Notes under the pieces: model-generated
Databases searched by the model: none
What the model was told of the DNA's origin: nothing
The model's input: the letters and a program-made list of their open reading frames with translations, nothing else
Translations under genes and position numbers: made by a program
Assembly (NCBI GenBank): GCA_951406725.2
Contig: CATOCA020000001.1
Span: 2,604,001-2,668,000 of the forward strand
DNA: 64,000 nucleotides
Reading direction: 5' to 3'
Source of the DNA: Octopus vulgaris
Taxonomy: Eukaryota
Shown: piece after piece, positions 1 through 15,000 of the stretch
Position numbering within the stretch: position 1 is the stretch's first letter
How the letters are laid out: each line of letters starts with the position of its first letter

Positions 1-3000
1 CTGCATAGCATCTACCTCGCTCTGTCTGTGTTCGTGTGTTCGTTCTGTCTGCATAGCATAGCATCTACCTCGCTCTGTCTGTGTTCGTGTGTTCGTTCTG
101 TCTGCATAGCATCTACCTCGCTCTGTCTGTGTTCGTGTGTTCGTTCTGTCTGCATAGCATCTACCTCGCTCTGTCTGTGTTCGTGTGTTCGTTCTGTCTG
201 CATAGCATCTACCTCGCTCTGTCTGTGTTCGTGTGTTCGTTCTGTCTGCATAGCATCTACCTCGCTCTGTCTGTGTTCGTGTGTTCGTTCTGTCTGCATA
301 GCATCTACCTCGCTCTGTCTGTGTTCGTGTGTTCGTTCTGTCTGCATAGCATCTACCTCGCTCTGTCTGTGTTCGTGTGTTCGTTCTGTCTGCATAGCAT
401 CTACCTCGCTCTGTCTGTGTTCGTGTGTTCGTTCTGTCTGCATAGCATCTACCTCGCTCTGTCTGTGTTCGTGTGTTCGTTCTGTCTGCATAGCATCTAC
501 CTCGCTCTGTCTGTGTTCGTGTGTTCGTTCTGTCTGCATAGCATCTACCTCGCTCTGTCTGTGTTCGTGTGTTCGTTCTGTCTGCATAGCATCTACCTCG
601 CTCTGTCTGTGTTCGTGTGTTCGTTCTGTCTGCATAGCATCTACCTCGCTCTGTCAGTGTTCGCGTGTTCGTTTTGTCTGCATTACATCTACCTCGCTCT
701 ATCAGTGTTCGTGTGTTCGTTCTGTCTGCATAGCATCTACCTCGCTCTGTCTGTGTTCGTGTGTTCGTTCTGTCTGCATAGCATCTACCTCGCTCTGTCT
801 GTGTTCGTGTGTTCGTTCTGTCTGCATAGCATCTACCTCGCTCTGTCTGTGTTCGTGTGTTCGTTCTGTCTGCATAGCATCTACCTCGCTCTGTCTGTGT
901 TCGTGTGTTCGTTCTGTCTGCATAGCATCTACCTCGCTCTGTCTGTGTTCGTGTGTTCGTTCTGTCTGCATAGCATCTACCTCGCTCTGTCAGTGTTCGT
1001 GTGTTCGTTCTGTCTGCATAGCATCTACCTCGCTCTGTCAGTGTTCGTGTGTTCGTTTTGTCTGCATAGCATCTACCTCGCTCTGTCTGTGTTCGTGTGT
1101 TCGTTCTGTCTGCATAGCATCTACCTCGCTCTGTCAGTGTTCGTGTGTTCGTTCTGTCTGCATAGCATCTACCTCGCTCTGTCTGTGTACGTGTGTTCGT
1201 TCTGTCTGCATAGCATCTACCTCGCTCTGTCAGTGTTCGTGTGTTCGTTCTGTCTGCATAGCATCTACCTCGCTCTGTCAGTGTTCGTGTGTTCGTTCTG
1301 TCTGCATAGCATCTACCTCGCTCTGTCTGTGTTCGTGTGTTCGTTCTGTCTGCATAGCATCTACCTCGCTCTGTCTGTGTTCGTGTGTTCGTTCTGTCTG
1401 CATAGCATCTACCTCGCTCTGTCTGTGTTCGTGTGTTCGTTCTGTCTGCATAGCATCTACCTCGCTCTGTCTGTGTTCGTGTGTTCGTTCTGTCTGCATA
1501 GCATCTACCTCGCTCTGTCAGTGTTCGTGTGTTCGTTCTGTCTGCATAGCATCTACCTCGCTCTGTCTGTGTTCGTGTGTTCGTTCTGTCTGCATAGCAT
1601 CTACCTCGCTCTGTCTGTGTTCGTGTGTTCGTTCTGTCTGCATAGCATCTACCTCGCTCTGTCTGTGTTCGTGTGTTCGTTCTGTCTGCATAGCATCTAC
1701 CTCGCTCTGTCTGTGTTCGTGTGTTCGTTCTGTCTGCATAGCATCTACCTCGCTCTGTCTGTGTTCGTGTGTTCGTTCTGTCTGCATAGCATCTACCTCG
1801 CTCTGTCTGTGTTCGTGTGTTCGTTCTGTCTGCATAGCATCTACCTCGCTCTGTCTGTGTTCGTGTGTTCGTTCTGTCTGCATAGCATCTACCTCGCTCT
1901 GTCTGTGTTCGTGTGTTCGTTCTGTCTGCATAGCATCTACCTCGCTCTGTCTGTGTTCGTGTGTTCGTTCTGTCTGCATAGCATCTACCTCGCTCTGTCT
2001 GTGTTCGTGTGTTCGTTCTGTCTGCATAGCATCTACCTCGCTCTGTCTGTGTTCGTGTGTTCGTTCTGTCTGCATAGCATCTACCTCGCTCTGTCTGTGT
2101 TCGTGTGTTCGTTCTGTCTGCATAGCATCTACCTCGCTCTGTCTGTGTTCGTGTGTTCGTTTTGTCTGCATAGCATCGACCTCGCTCTGTCTGTGTTCGT
2201 GTGCTCGTTCTGTCTGCATAGCATCTACCTCGCTCTGTCTGTGTTCGTTTGTTCGTTCTGTCTGCATAGCATCTACCTCGCTCTGTCTGTGTTCGTGTGT
2301 TCGTTCTGTCTGCATAGCATCTACCTCGCTCTGTCTGTGTTCGTGTGTTCGTTCTGTCTGCATAGCATCTACCTCGCTCTGTCTGTGTTCGTGTGTTCGT
2401 TCTGTCTGCATAGCATCTACCTCGCTCTGTCTGTGTTCGTGTGTTCGTTCTGTCTGCATAGCATCTACCTCGCTCTGTCTGTGTACGTGTGTTCGTTCTG
2501 TCTGCATAGCATATACCTCGCTCTGTCTGTGTTCGTGTGTTCGTTTTGTCTGCATAGCATCGACCGCGCTTTGTCTGTGTACGTGTGTTCGTTCTGTCTG
2601 CATAGCATCTACCTCGCTCTGTCTGTGTTCGTGTGTTCGTTCTGTCTGCATAGCATCTACCTCGCTCTGTCTGTGTACGTGTGTTCGTTCTGTCTGCATA
2701 GCATCTACCTCGCTCTGTCTGTGTTCGTGTGTTCGTTCTGTCTGCATAGCATCTACCTCGCTCTGTCTGTGTTCGTGTGTTCGTTCTGTCTGCATAGCAT
2801 CTACCTCGCTCTGTCTGTGTTCGTGTGTTCGTTCTGTCTGCATAGCATCTACCTCGCTCTGTCTGTGTTCGTGTGTTCGTTCTGTCTGCATAGCATCTAC
2901 CTCGCTCTGTCTGTGTTCGTGTGTTCGTTTTGTCTGCATAGCATCTACCTCGCTCTGTCTGTGTTCGTGTGTTCGTTTTGTCTGCATAGCATCTACCTCG

Positions 3001-6000
3001 CTCTGTCTGTGTTCGTGTGTTCGTTCTGTCTGCATAGCATCTACCACGCTCTGTCTGTGTTCGTGTGTTCGTTTTGTCTGCATAGCATCTACCTCGCTCT
3101 GTCTGTGTTCGTGTGTTCGTTTTTTTCTGCATAGCATCTACCTCGCTCTGTCTGTGTTCGTGTGTTCGTTTTGTCTGCATAGCATCTACCTCGCTCTGTC
3201 TGTGTTCGTGTGTTCGTTCTGTCTGCATAGCATCTACCACGCTCTGTCTGTGTTCGTGTGTTCGTTCTGTCTGCATAGCATCTACCTCGCTCTGTCTGTG
3301 TACGTGTGTTCGTTCTGTCTGCATAGCATCTACCTCGCTCTGTCTGTGTTCGTGTGTTCGTTCTGTCTGCATAGCATCTACCTCGCTCTGTCTGTGTTCG
3401 TGTGTTCGTTCTGTCTGCATAGCTACCTCGCTCTGTCTGTGTTCGTGTGTTCGTTCTGTCTGCATAGCATCTACCTCGCTCTGTCTGTGTTCGTGTGTTC
3501 GTTCTGTCTGCATAGCATCTACCTCGCTCTGTCTGTGTTCGTGTGTTCGTTTTGTCTGCATAGCATCTACCTCGCTCTGTCTGTGTTCGTGTGTTCGTTC
3601 TGTCTGCATAGCATCTACCTCGCTCTGTCTGTGTTCGTGTGTTCGTTCTGTCTGCATAGCATCTACCTCGCTCTGTCTGTGTTCGTGTGTTCGTTCTGTC
3701 TGCATAGCATCTACCTCGCTCTGTCTGTGTTCGTGTGTTCGTTCTGTCTGCATAGCATCTACCTCGCTCTGTCTGTGTTCGTGTGTTCGTTCTGTCTGCA
3801 TAGCATCTACCTCGCTCTGTCTGTGTTCGTGTGTTCGTTCTGTCTGCATAGCATCTACCTCGCTCTGTCTGTGTACGTGTGTTCGTTTTGTCTGCATAGC
3901 ATCTACCTCGCTCTGTCAGTGTTCGTGTGTTCGTTCTGTCTGCATAGCATCTACCTCGCTCTGTCTGTGTTCGTGTGTTCGTTCTGTCTGCATAGCATCT
4001 ACCTCGCTCTGTCAGTGTTCGTGTGTTCGTTCTGTCTGCATAGCATCTACCTCGCTCTGTCTGTGTACGTGTGTTCGTTCTGTCTGCATAGCATCTACCT
4101 CGCTCTGTCTGTGTTCGTGTGTTCGTTCTGTCTGCATAGCATCTACCTCGCTCTGTCTGTGTTCGTGTGTTCGTTCTGTCTGCATAGCATCTACCTCGCT
4201 CTGTCTGTGTTCGTGTGTTCGTTCTGTCTGCATAGCATCTACCTCGCTCTGTCTTGTTTCGTGTGTTCGTTCTGTCTGCATAGCATATACCTCGCTCTGT
4301 CTGTGTACGTGTGTTCGTTCTGTCTGCATAGCATCTACCTCGCTCTGTCTGTGTACGTGTGTTCGTTCTGTCTGCATAGCATCTACCTCGCTCTGTCTGT
4401 GTTCGTGTGTTCGTTCTGTCTGCATAGCATATACCTCGCTCTGTCTGTGTACGTGTGTTCGTTCTGTCTGCATAGCATCTACCTCGCTCTGTCTGTCCGT
4501 GTGTTCGTTCTGTCTGCATAGCATCTACCTCGCTCTGTCTGTGTTCGTGTGTTCGTTCTGTCTGCATAGCATCTACCTCGCTCTGTCTGTGTTCGTGTGT
4601 TCGTTTTGTCTGCATAGCATCTACCTCGCTCTGTCAGTGTTCGTGTGTTCGTTCTGTCTGCATAGCATATACCTCGCTCTGTCTGTGTTCGTGTGTTCGT
4701 TTTGTCTGCATAGCATCTACCTCGCTCTGTCTGTGTTCGTGTGTTCGTTCTGTCTGCATAGCATATACCTCGCTCTGTCTGTGTTCGTGTGTTCGTTCTG
4801 TCTGCATAGCATCTACCTCGCTCTGTCTGTGTTCGTGTGTTCGTTCTGTCTGCATAGCATCTACCTCGCTCTGTCTGTGTTCGTGTGTTCGTTCTGTCTG
4901 CATAGCATCTACCTCGCTCTGTCTGTGTTCGTGTGTTCGTTCTGTCTGCATAGCATCGACCTCGCTCTGTCTGTGTTCGTGTGTTCGTTCTGTCTGCATA
5001 GCATCGACCTCGCTCTGTCTGTGTTCGTGTGTTCGTTCTGTCTGCATAGCATATACCTCGCTCTGTCTGTGTTCGTGTGTTCGTTCTGTCTGCATAGCAT
5101 CTACCTCGCTCTGTCTGTGTTCGTGTGTTCGTTCTGTCTGCATAGCATCTACCTCGCTCTGTCTGTGTTCGTGTGTTCGTTCTGTCTGCATAGCATCTAC
5201 CTCGCTCTGTCTGTGTTCGTGTGTTAGTTCTGTCTGCATAGCATCTACCTCGCTCTGTCTGTGTTCGTGTGTTCGTTTTGTCTGCATAGCATCTACCTCG
5301 CTCTGTCTGTGTTCGTGTGTTCGTTCTGTCTGCATAGCATCTACCTCGCTCTGTCTGTGTTCGTGTGTTCGTTCTGTCTGCATAGCATCTACCTCGCTCT
5401 GTCTGTGTTCGTGTGTTCGTTCTGTCTGCATAGCATCTACCTCGCTCTGTCTGTGTTCGTGTGTTCGTTCTGTCTGCATAGCATCTACCTCGCTCTGTCT
5501 GTGTTCGTGTGTTCGTTCTGTCTGCATAGCATCTACCTCGCTCTGTCTGTGTTCGTGTGTTCGTTCTGTCTGCATAGCATCTACCTCGCTCTGTCTGTGT
5601 TCGTGTGTTCGTTCTGTCTGCATAGCATCTACCTCGCTCTGTCTCTGTTCGTGTGTTCGTTCTGTCTGCATAGCATCTACCTCGCTCTGTCTGTGTTCGT
5701 GTGTTCGTTCTGTCTGCATAGCATCTACCTCGCTCTGTCTGTGTTCGTGTGTTCGTTCTGTCTGCATAGCATCTACCTCGCTCTGTCTGTGTACGTGTGT
5801 TCGTTCTGTCTGCATAGCATCTACCTCGCTCTGTCTGTGTTCGTGTGTTCGTTCTGTCTGCATAGCATATACCTCGCTCTGTCTGTGTTCGTGTGTTCGT
5901 TCTGTCTGCATAGCATCTACCTCGCTCTGTCTGTGTTCGTGTGTTCGTTCTGTCTGCATAGCATCTACCTCGCTCTGTCTGTGTTCGTGTGTTCGTTCTG

Positions 6001-9000
6001 TCTGCATAGCATCTACCTCGCTCTGTCTGTGTTCGTGTGTTCGTTCTGTCTGCATAGCATCTACCTCGCTCTGTCTGTGTTCGTGTGTTCGTTCTGTCTG
6101 CATAGCATCTACCTCGCTCTGTCTGTGTTCGTGTGTTCGTTCTGTCTGCATAGCATCTACCTCGCTCTGTCTGTGTTCGTGTGTTCGTTCTGTCTGCATA
6201 GCATCTACCTCGCTCTGTCTGTGTTCGTGTGTTCGTTCTGTCTGCATAGCATCTACCTCGCTCTGTCTGTGTTCGTGTGTTCGTTCTGTCTGCATAGCAT
6301 CTACCTCGCTCTGTCTGTGTTCGTGTGTTCGTTCTGTCTGCATAGCATCTACCTCGCTCTGTCTGTGTTCGTGTGTTCGTTCTGTCTGCATAGCATCTAC
6401 CTCGCTCTGTCTGTGTTCGTGTGTTCGTTCTGTCTGCATAGCATCTACCTCGCTCTGTCTGTGTTCTGTGTGTTCGTTCTGTCTGCATAGCATCTACCTC
6501 GCTCTGTCTGTGTTCGTGTGTTCGTTTTGTCTGCATAGCATCTACCTCGCTCTGTCTGTGTACGTGTGTTCGTTCTGTCTGCATAGCATCTACCTCGCTC
6601 TGTCAGTGTTCGTGTGTTCGTTCTGTCTGCATAGCATCTACCTCGCTCTGTCTATGTTCGTGTGTTCGTTTTGTCTGCATAGCATCTACCTCGCTCTGTC
6701 TGTGTACGTGTGTTCGTTCTGTCTGCATAGCATCTACCTCGCTCTGTCAGTGTTCGTGTGTTCGTTTTGTCTGCATAGCATCTACCTCGCTCTATCAGTG
6801 TTCGTGTGTTCGTTCTGTCTGCATAGCATCTACCTCGCTCTGTCAGTGTTCGTCTGTTCGTTTTGTCTGCATTACATCTACCTCGCTCTGCCTGTGTTCG
6901 TGTGTTCGTTCTGTCTGCATAGCATCTACCTCGCTCTGTCAGTGTTCGTGTGTTCGTTTTGTCTGCATTACATCTACCTCGCTCTGTCTGTGTTCGTGTG
7001 TTCGTTCTGTCTGCATAGCATCTACCTCGCTCTGTCTGTGTTCGTGTGTTCGTTTTGTCTGCATTACATCTACCTCGCTCTGTCTGTGTTCGTGTGTTCG
7101 TTCTGTCTGCATAGCATCTACCTCGCTCTGTCAGTGTTCGTGTGTTCGTTTTGTCTGCATTACATCTACCTCGCTCTGTCTGTGTTCGTGTGTTCGTTCT
7201 GTCTGCATAGCATCTACCTCGCTCTGTCAGTGTTCGTGTGTTCGTTTTGTCTGCATAGCATCTACCTCGCTCTGTCTGTGTACGTGTGTTCGTTTTGTCT
7301 GCATAGCATCTACCTCGCTCTGTCAGTGTTCGTGTGTTCGTTCTGTCTGCATAGCATCTACCTCGCTCTGTCAGTGTTCGTGTGTTCGTTCTGTCTGCAT
7401 AGCATCTACCTCGCTCTGTCTGTGTTCGTGTGTTCGTTCTGTCTGCATAGCATCTACCTCGCTCTGTCTGTGTTCGTGTGTTCGTTCTGTCTGCATAGCA
7501 TCTACCTCGCTCTGTCTGTGTTCGTGTGTTCGTTCTGTCTGCATAGCATCTACCTCGCTCTGTCTGTGTTCGTGTGTTCGTTCTGTCTGCATAGCATCTA
7601 CCTCGCTCTGTCAGTGATCGTGTGTTCGTTCTGTCTGCATAGCATCTACCTCGCTCTGTCTGTGTTCGTGTGTTCGTTCTGTCTGCATAGCATCTACCTC
7701 GCTCTGTCTGTGTTCGTGTGTTCGTTCTGTCTGCATAGCATCTACCTCGCTCTGTCTGTGTTCGTGTGTTCGTTCTGTCTGCATAGCATCTACCTCGCTC
7801 TGTCTGTGTTCGTGTGTTCGTTCTGTCTGCATAGCATCTACCTCGCTCTGTCTGTGTTCGTGTGTTCGTTCTGTCTGCATAGCATCTACCTCGCTCTGTC
7901 TGTGTTCGTGTGTTCGTTCTGTCTGCATAGCATCTACCTCGCTCTGTCTGTGTTCGTGTGTTCGTTCTGTCTGCATAGCATCTACCTCGCTCTGTCTGTG
8001 TTCGTGTGTTCGTTCTGTCTGCATAGCATCTACCTCGCTCTGTCTGTGTTCGTGTGTTCGTTCTGTCTGCATAGCATCTACCTCGCTCTGTCTGTGTACG
8101 TGTGTTCGTTCTGTCTGCATAGCATCTACCTCGCTCTGTCTGTGTTCGTGTGTTCGTTCTGTCTGCATAGCATCTACCTCGCTCTGTCTGTGTTCGTGTG
8201 TTCGTTCTGTCTGCATAGCATCTACCTCGCTCTGTCTGTGTTCGTGTGTTCGTTTTGTCTGCATAGCATCTACCTCGCTCTGTCTGTGTTCGTGTGTTCG
8301 TTCTGTCTGCATAGCATCTACCTCGCTCTGTCTGTGTTCGTTCTGTCTGCATAGCATCTACCTCGCTCTGTCTGTGTTCGTGTGTTCGTTCTGTCTGCAT
8401 AGCATCTACCTCGCTCTGTCTGTGTTCGTGTGTTCGTTCTGTCTGCATAGCATCTACCTCGCTCTGTCTGTGTTCGTGTGTTCGTTTTGTCTGCATAGCA
8501 TCTACCTCGCTCTGTCTGTGTTCGTGTGTTCGTTCTGTCTGCATAGCATCTACCTCGCTCTGTCTGTGTTCGTGTGTTCGTTCTGTCTGCATAGCATCTA
8601 CCTCGCTCTGTCTGTGTTCGTGTGTTCGTTCTGTCTGCATAGCATCGACCTCGCTCTGTCTGTGTACGTGTGTTCGTTTTGTCTGCATAGCATCTACCTC
8701 GCTCTGTCTGTGTTCGTGTGTTCGTTCTGTCTGCATAGCATATACCTCGCTCTGTCTGTGTACGTGTGTTCGTTCTGTCTGCATAGCATCTACCTCGCTC
8801 TGTCTGTGTACGTGTGTTCGTTCTGTCTGCATAGCATCTACCTCGCTCTGTCTGTGTACGTGTGTTCGTTCTGTCTGCATAGCATCTACCACGCTCTGTC
8901 TGTGTTCGTGTGTTCGTTCTGTCTGCATAGCATCTACCTCGCTCTGTCTGTGTTCGTGTGTTCGTTCTGTCTGCATAGCATCTACCTCGCTCTGTCTGTG

Positions 9001-12000
9001 TTCGTGTGTTCGTTTTGTCTGCATAGCATCTACCTCGCTCTGTCTGTGTTCGTGTGTTCGTTCTGTCTGCATAGCATCTACCTCGCTCTGTCTGTGTTCG
9101 TGTGTTCGTTCTGTCTGCATAGCATCTACCTCTGTATGTCTGTGTTCGTGTGTTCGTTTTGTGTCTGCATAGCATCTACCTCGCTCTGTCTGTGTTCGTG
9201 TGTTCGTTCTGTCTGCATAGCATCTACCTCGCTCTGTCTGTGTTCGTGTGTTCGTTTTGTCTATATAGCATCTACCTCGCTCTGTCTGTGTTCGTGTGTT
9301 CGTTCTGTCTGCATAGCATCTACCTCGCTCTGTCTGTGTTCGTGTGTTCGTTCTGTCTGCATAGCATCTACCTCGCTCTGTCTGTGTACGTGTGTTCGTT
9401 CTGTCTGCATAGCATCTACCTCGCTCTGTCTGTGTTCGTGTGTTCGTTCTGTCTGCATAGCATCTACCTCGCTCTGTCTGTGTTCGTGTGTTCGTTCTGT
9501 CTGCATAGCATCTACCTCGCTCTGTCTGTGTTCGTGTGTTCGTTCTGTCTGCATAGCATCTACCTCGCTCTGTCTGTGTTCGTGTGTTCGTTCTGTCTGC
9601 ATAGCATCTACCACGCTCTGTCTGTGTTCGTGTGTTCGTTTTGTCTGCATAGCATCTACCTCGCTCTGTCTGTGTTCGTGTGTTCGTTCTGTCTGCATAG
9701 CATCTACCTCGCTCTGTCTGTGTACGTGTGTTCGTTTTGTCTGCATAGCATCTACCTCGCTCTGTCTGTGTTCGTGTGTTCGTTCTGTCTGCATAGCATC
9801 TACCTCGCTCTGTCTGTGTTCGTGTGTTCGTTTTGTCTGCATAGCATCTACCTCGCTCTGTCTGTGTTCGTGTGTTCGTTCTGTCTGCATAGCATCTACC
9901 TCGCTCTGTCTGTGTACGTGTGTTCGTTCTGTCTGCATAGCATCTACCTCGCTCTGTCTGTGTACGTGTGTTCGTTCTGTCTGCATAGCACCGAACTCGC
10001 TCTGTCAGTGTTCGTGTGTTCGTTCTGTCTGCATAGCATCTACCTCGCTCTGTCTGTGTTCGTGTGTTCGTTCTGTCTGCATAGCATCTACCTCGCCCTG
10101 TCAGTGTTCGTGTGTTCGTTCTGTCTGCATAGCATCTACCTCGCTCTGTCTGTGTACGTGTGTTCGTTTTGTCTGCATAGCATCTACCTCGCTCTGTCTG
10201 TGTTCGTGTGTTCGTTCTGTCTGCATAGCATCTACCTCGCTCTGTCTGTGTTCGTGTGTTCGTTCTGTCTGCATAGCATCTACCTCGCTCTGTCTGTGTT
10301 CGTGTGTTCGTTCTGTCTGCATAGCATCTACCTCGCTCTGTCTTGTTTCGTGTGTTCGTTCTGTCTGCATAGCATATACCTCGCTCTGTCTGTGTACGTG
10401 TGTTCGTTTTGTCTGCATAGCATCTACCTCGCTCTGTCTGTGTACGTGTGTTCGTTCTGTCTGCATAGCATCTACCTCGCTCTGTCTGTGTTCGTGTGTT
10501 CGTTCTGTCTGCATAGCATCTACCTCGCTCTGTCTGTGTACGTGTGTTCGTTCTGTCTGCATAGCATCTACCTCGCTCTGTCTGTGTTCGTGTGTTCGTT
10601 CTGTCTGCATAGCATCTACCTCGCTCTGTCTGTCTTCGTGTGTTCGTTCTGTCTGCATAGCATCTACCTCGCTCTGTCTGTGTTCGTGTGTTCGTTCTGT
10701 CTGCATAGCATCTACCTCGCTCTGTCAGTGTTCGTGTGTTCGTTCTGTCTGCATAGCATATACCTCGCCCTGTCTGTGTTCGTGTGTTCGTTTTGTCTGC
10801 ATAGCATCTACCTCGCTCTGTCTGTGTTCGTGTGTTCGTTCTGTCTGCATAGCATATACCTCGCTCTGTCTGTGTTCGTGTGTTCGTTCTGTCTGCATAG
10901 CATCTACCTCGCTCTGTCTGTGTTCGTGTGTTCGTTCTGTCTGCATAGCATCTACCTCGCTCTGTCTGTGTTCGTGTGTTCTTTCTGTCTGCATAGCATC
11001 TACCTCGCTCTGTCTGTGTACGTGTGTTCGTTCTGTCTGCATAGCATCTACCTCGCTCTGTATGTGTTCGTGTGTTCGTTCTGTCTGCATAGCATCTACC
11101 TCGCTCTGTCTGTGTTCGTGTGTTCGTTCTGTCTGCATAGCATATACCTCGCTCTGTCTGTGTACGTGTGTTCGTTCTGTCTGCATAGCATCTACCTCGC
11201 TCTGTCTGTGTTCGTGTGTTCGTTCTGTCTGCATAGCATCTACCTCGCTCTGTCTGTGTTCGTGTGTTCGTTCTGTCTGCATAGCATCTACCTCGCTCTG
11301 TCTGTGTTCGTGTGTTCGTTCTGTCTGCATAGCATCTACCTCGCTCTGTCTGTGTTCGTGTGTTCGTTCTGTCTGAAGCATCTACCTCGCTCTGTCTGTG
11401 TTCGTGTGTTCGTTCTGTCTGCATAGCATCTACCTCGCTCTGTCTGTGTTCGTGTGTTAGTTCTGTCTGCATAGCATTTACCTCGCTCTGTCTGTGTACG
11501 TGTGTTCGTTCTGTCTGCATAGCATCTACCTCGCTCTGTCTGTGTACGTGTGTTCGTTCTGTCTGCAGAGTATCTACCTCGCTCTGTCTGTGTTCGTGTG
11601 TTCGTTTTGTCTGCATAGCATCTACCTCGCTCTGTCTGTGTTCGTGTGTTCGTTTTGTCTGCATAGCATCTACCTCGCTCTGTCTGTGTTCGTGTGTTCG
11701 TTTTGTCTGCATAGCATCTACCTCGCTCTGTCTCTGTTCGTGTGTTCGTTCTGTCTGCATAGCATCTACCTCGCTCTGTCTGTGTTCGTGTGTTCGTTTT
11801 GTCTGCATAGCATATACCTCGCTCTGTCTGTGTACGTGTGTTCGTTCTGTCTGCATAGCATCTACCTCGCTCTGTCTGTGTACGTGTGTTCGTTCTGTCT
11901 GCATAGCATCTACCTCGATCTGTCTGTGTTCGTGTGTTCGTTCTGTCTGCATAGCATCTACCTCGCTCTGTCTGTGTTCGTGTGTTCGTTCTGTCTGCAT

Positions 12001-15000
12001 AGCATCTACCTCGCTCTGTCTGTGTTCGTGTGTTCGTTATGTCTGCATAGCATCTACCTCGCTCTGTCTGTGTTCGTGTGTTCGTTCTGTCTGCATAGCA
12101 TCTACCTCGCTCTGTCTGTGTTCGTGTGTTCGTTCTGTCTGCATAGCATATACCTCGCTCTGTCTGTGTACTTGTGTTCGTTCTGTCTGCATAGCATATA
12201 CCTCGCTCTGTCTGTGTTCGTGTGTTCGTTCTGTCTGCATAGCATCTACCTCGCTCTGTCTGTGTTCGTGTGTTCGTTCTGTCTGCATAGCATCTACCTC
12301 GCTCTGTCTGTGTTCGTGTGTTCGTTCTGTCTGCATAGCATCTACCTCGCACTGTCTGTGTTCGTGTGTTCGTTCTGTCTGCATAGCATCTACCTCGCTC
12401 TGTCTGTGTTCGTGTGTTCGTTCTGTCTGCATAGCATCTACCTCGCTCTGTCTGGGTTCGTGTGTTCGTTCTGTCTGCATAGCATCTACCTCGCTCTGTC
12501 TGTGTTCGTGTGTTCGTTCTGTCTGCATAGCATCTACCTCGCACTGTCTGTTTTCGTGTGTTCGTTTTGTCTGCATAGCATCTACCTCGCTCTGTCTGTG
12601 TTCGTGTGTTCGTTCTGTCTGCATAGCATCTACCTCGCTCTGTCTGTTTTCGTGTGTTCGTTCTGTCTGCATAGCATCTACCACGCTCTGTCTGTGTTCG
12701 TGTGTTCGTTCTGTCTGCATAGCATCTACCTCGCTCTGTCTGTGTTCGTGTGTTCGTTCTGTCTGCATAGCATCTACCTCGCTCTGTCTGTGTTCGTGTG
12801 TTCGTTCTGTCTGCATAGCATCTACCTCGCTCTGTCTGTGTTCGTGTGTTCGTTCTGTCTGCATAGCATCTACCTCGCTCTGTCTGTGTTCGTGTGTTCG
12901 TTCTGTCTGCATAGCATCTACCTCGCTCTGTCTGTGTTCGTGTGTTCGTTCTGTCTGCATAGCATCTACCTCGCTCTGTCTGTGTTCGTGTGTTCGTTCT
13001 GTCTGCATAGCATCTACCTCGCTCTGTCTGTGTTCGTGTGTTCGTTTTGTCTGCATAGCATCTACCTCGCTCTGTCTGTGTACGTGTGTTCGTTTTTGTC
13101 TGCATAGCATCTACCTCGCTCTGTCTGTGTTCGTGTGTTCGTTCTGTCTGCATAGAATCTACCTCGCTCTGTCTATGTTCGTGTGTTCGTTTTGTCTGCA
13201 TAGCATCTACCTCGCTCTGTCTGTGTACGTGTGTTCGTTCTGTCTGCATAGCATCTACCTCGCTCTGTCAGTGTTCGCGTGTTCGTTTTGTCTGCATTAC
13301 ATCTACCTCGCTCTGTCAGTGTTCGTGTGTTCGTTCTGTCTGCATAGCATCTCCCTCGCTCTGTCAATGTTCGTGTGTTCGTTTTGTCTGCATTACATCT
13401 ACCTCGCTCTGTCAGTGTTCGTGTGTTCGTTCTGTCTGCATAGCATCTACCTCGCTCTGTCAGTGTTCGTCTGTTCGTTTTGTCTGCATTACATCTACCT
13501 CGCTCTGTCTGTGTTCGTGTGTTCGTTCTGTCTGCATAGCATCTACCTCGCTCTGTCAGTGTTCGTGTGTTCGTTTTGTCTGCATTACATCTACCTCGCT
13601 CTGTCTGTGTTCGTGTGTTCGTTCTGTCTGCATAGCATCTACCTCGCTCTGTCTGTGTTCGTGTGTTCGTTCTGTCTGCATAGCATCTACCTCGCTCTGT
13701 CTGTGTTCGTGTGTTCGTTCTGTCTGCATAGCATCTACCTCGCTCTGTCTGTGTTCGTGTGTTCGTTCTGTCTGCATAGCATCTACCTCGCTCTGTCTGT
13801 GTTCGTGTGTTCGTTCTGTCTGCATAGCATCTACCTCGCTCTGTCAGTGTTCGTGTGTTCGTTCTGTCTGCATAGCATCTACCTCGCTCTGTCTGTGTAC
13901 GTGTGTTCGTTCTGTCTGCATAGCATCTTCCTCGCTCTGTCAGTGTTCGTGTGTTCGTTCTGTCTGCATAGCATCTACCTCGCTCTGTCTGTGTTCGTGT
14001 GTTCGTTCTGTCTGCATAGCATCTACCTCGCTCTGTCTGTGTTCGTGTGTTCGTTCTGTCTGCATAGCATCTACCTCGCTCTGTCTGTGTACGTGTGTTC
14101 GTTCTGTCTGCATAGCATCTACCTCGCTCTGTCAGTGTTCGTGTGTTCGTTCTGTCTGCATAGCATCTACCTCGCTCTGTCTGTGTTCGTGTGTTCGTTC
14201 TGTCTGCATAGCATCTACCTCGCTCTGTCTGTGTTCGTGTTTTCGTTCTGTCTGCATAGCATCTACCTCGCTCTGTCAGTGTTCGTGTGTTCGTTTTGTC
14301 TGCATAGCCTCTACCTCGCTCTGTCTGTGTTCGTGTGTTCGTTCTGTCTGCATAGCATCTACCTCGCTCTGTCTGTGTTCGTGTGTTCGTTCTGTCTGCA
14401 TAGCATCTACCTCGCTCTGTCTGTGTTCGTGTGTTCGTTCTGTCTGCATAGCATCTACCTCGCTCTGTCTGTGTTCGTGTGTTCGTTCTGTCTGCATAGC
14501 ATCTACCTCGCTCTGTCTGTGTTCGTGTGTTCGTTCTGTCTGCATAGCATCTACCTCGCTCTGTCTGTGTTCGTGTGTTCGTTCTGTCTGCATAGCATCT
14601 ACCTCGCTCTGTCTGTGTTCGTGTGTTCGTTCTGTCTGCATAGCATCTACCTCGCTCTGTCTGTGTTCGTGTGTTCGTTCTGTCTGCATAGCATCTACCT
14701 CGCTCTGTCTGTGTTCGTGTGTTCGTTCTGTCTGCATAGCATCTACCTCGCTCTGTCTGTGTACGTGTGTTCGTTCTGTCTGCATAGCATCTACCTCGCT
14801 CTGTCTGTGTTCGTGTGTTCGTTCTGTCTGCATAGCATCTACCTCGCTCTGTCTGTGTTCGTGTGTTCGTTCTGTCTGCATAGCATCTACCACGCTCTGT
14901 CTGTGTTCGTGTGTTCGTTTTGTCTGCATAGCATCTACCTCGCTCTGTCTGTGTTCGTGTGTTCGTTCTGTCTGCATAGCATCTACCTCGCTCTGTCTGT

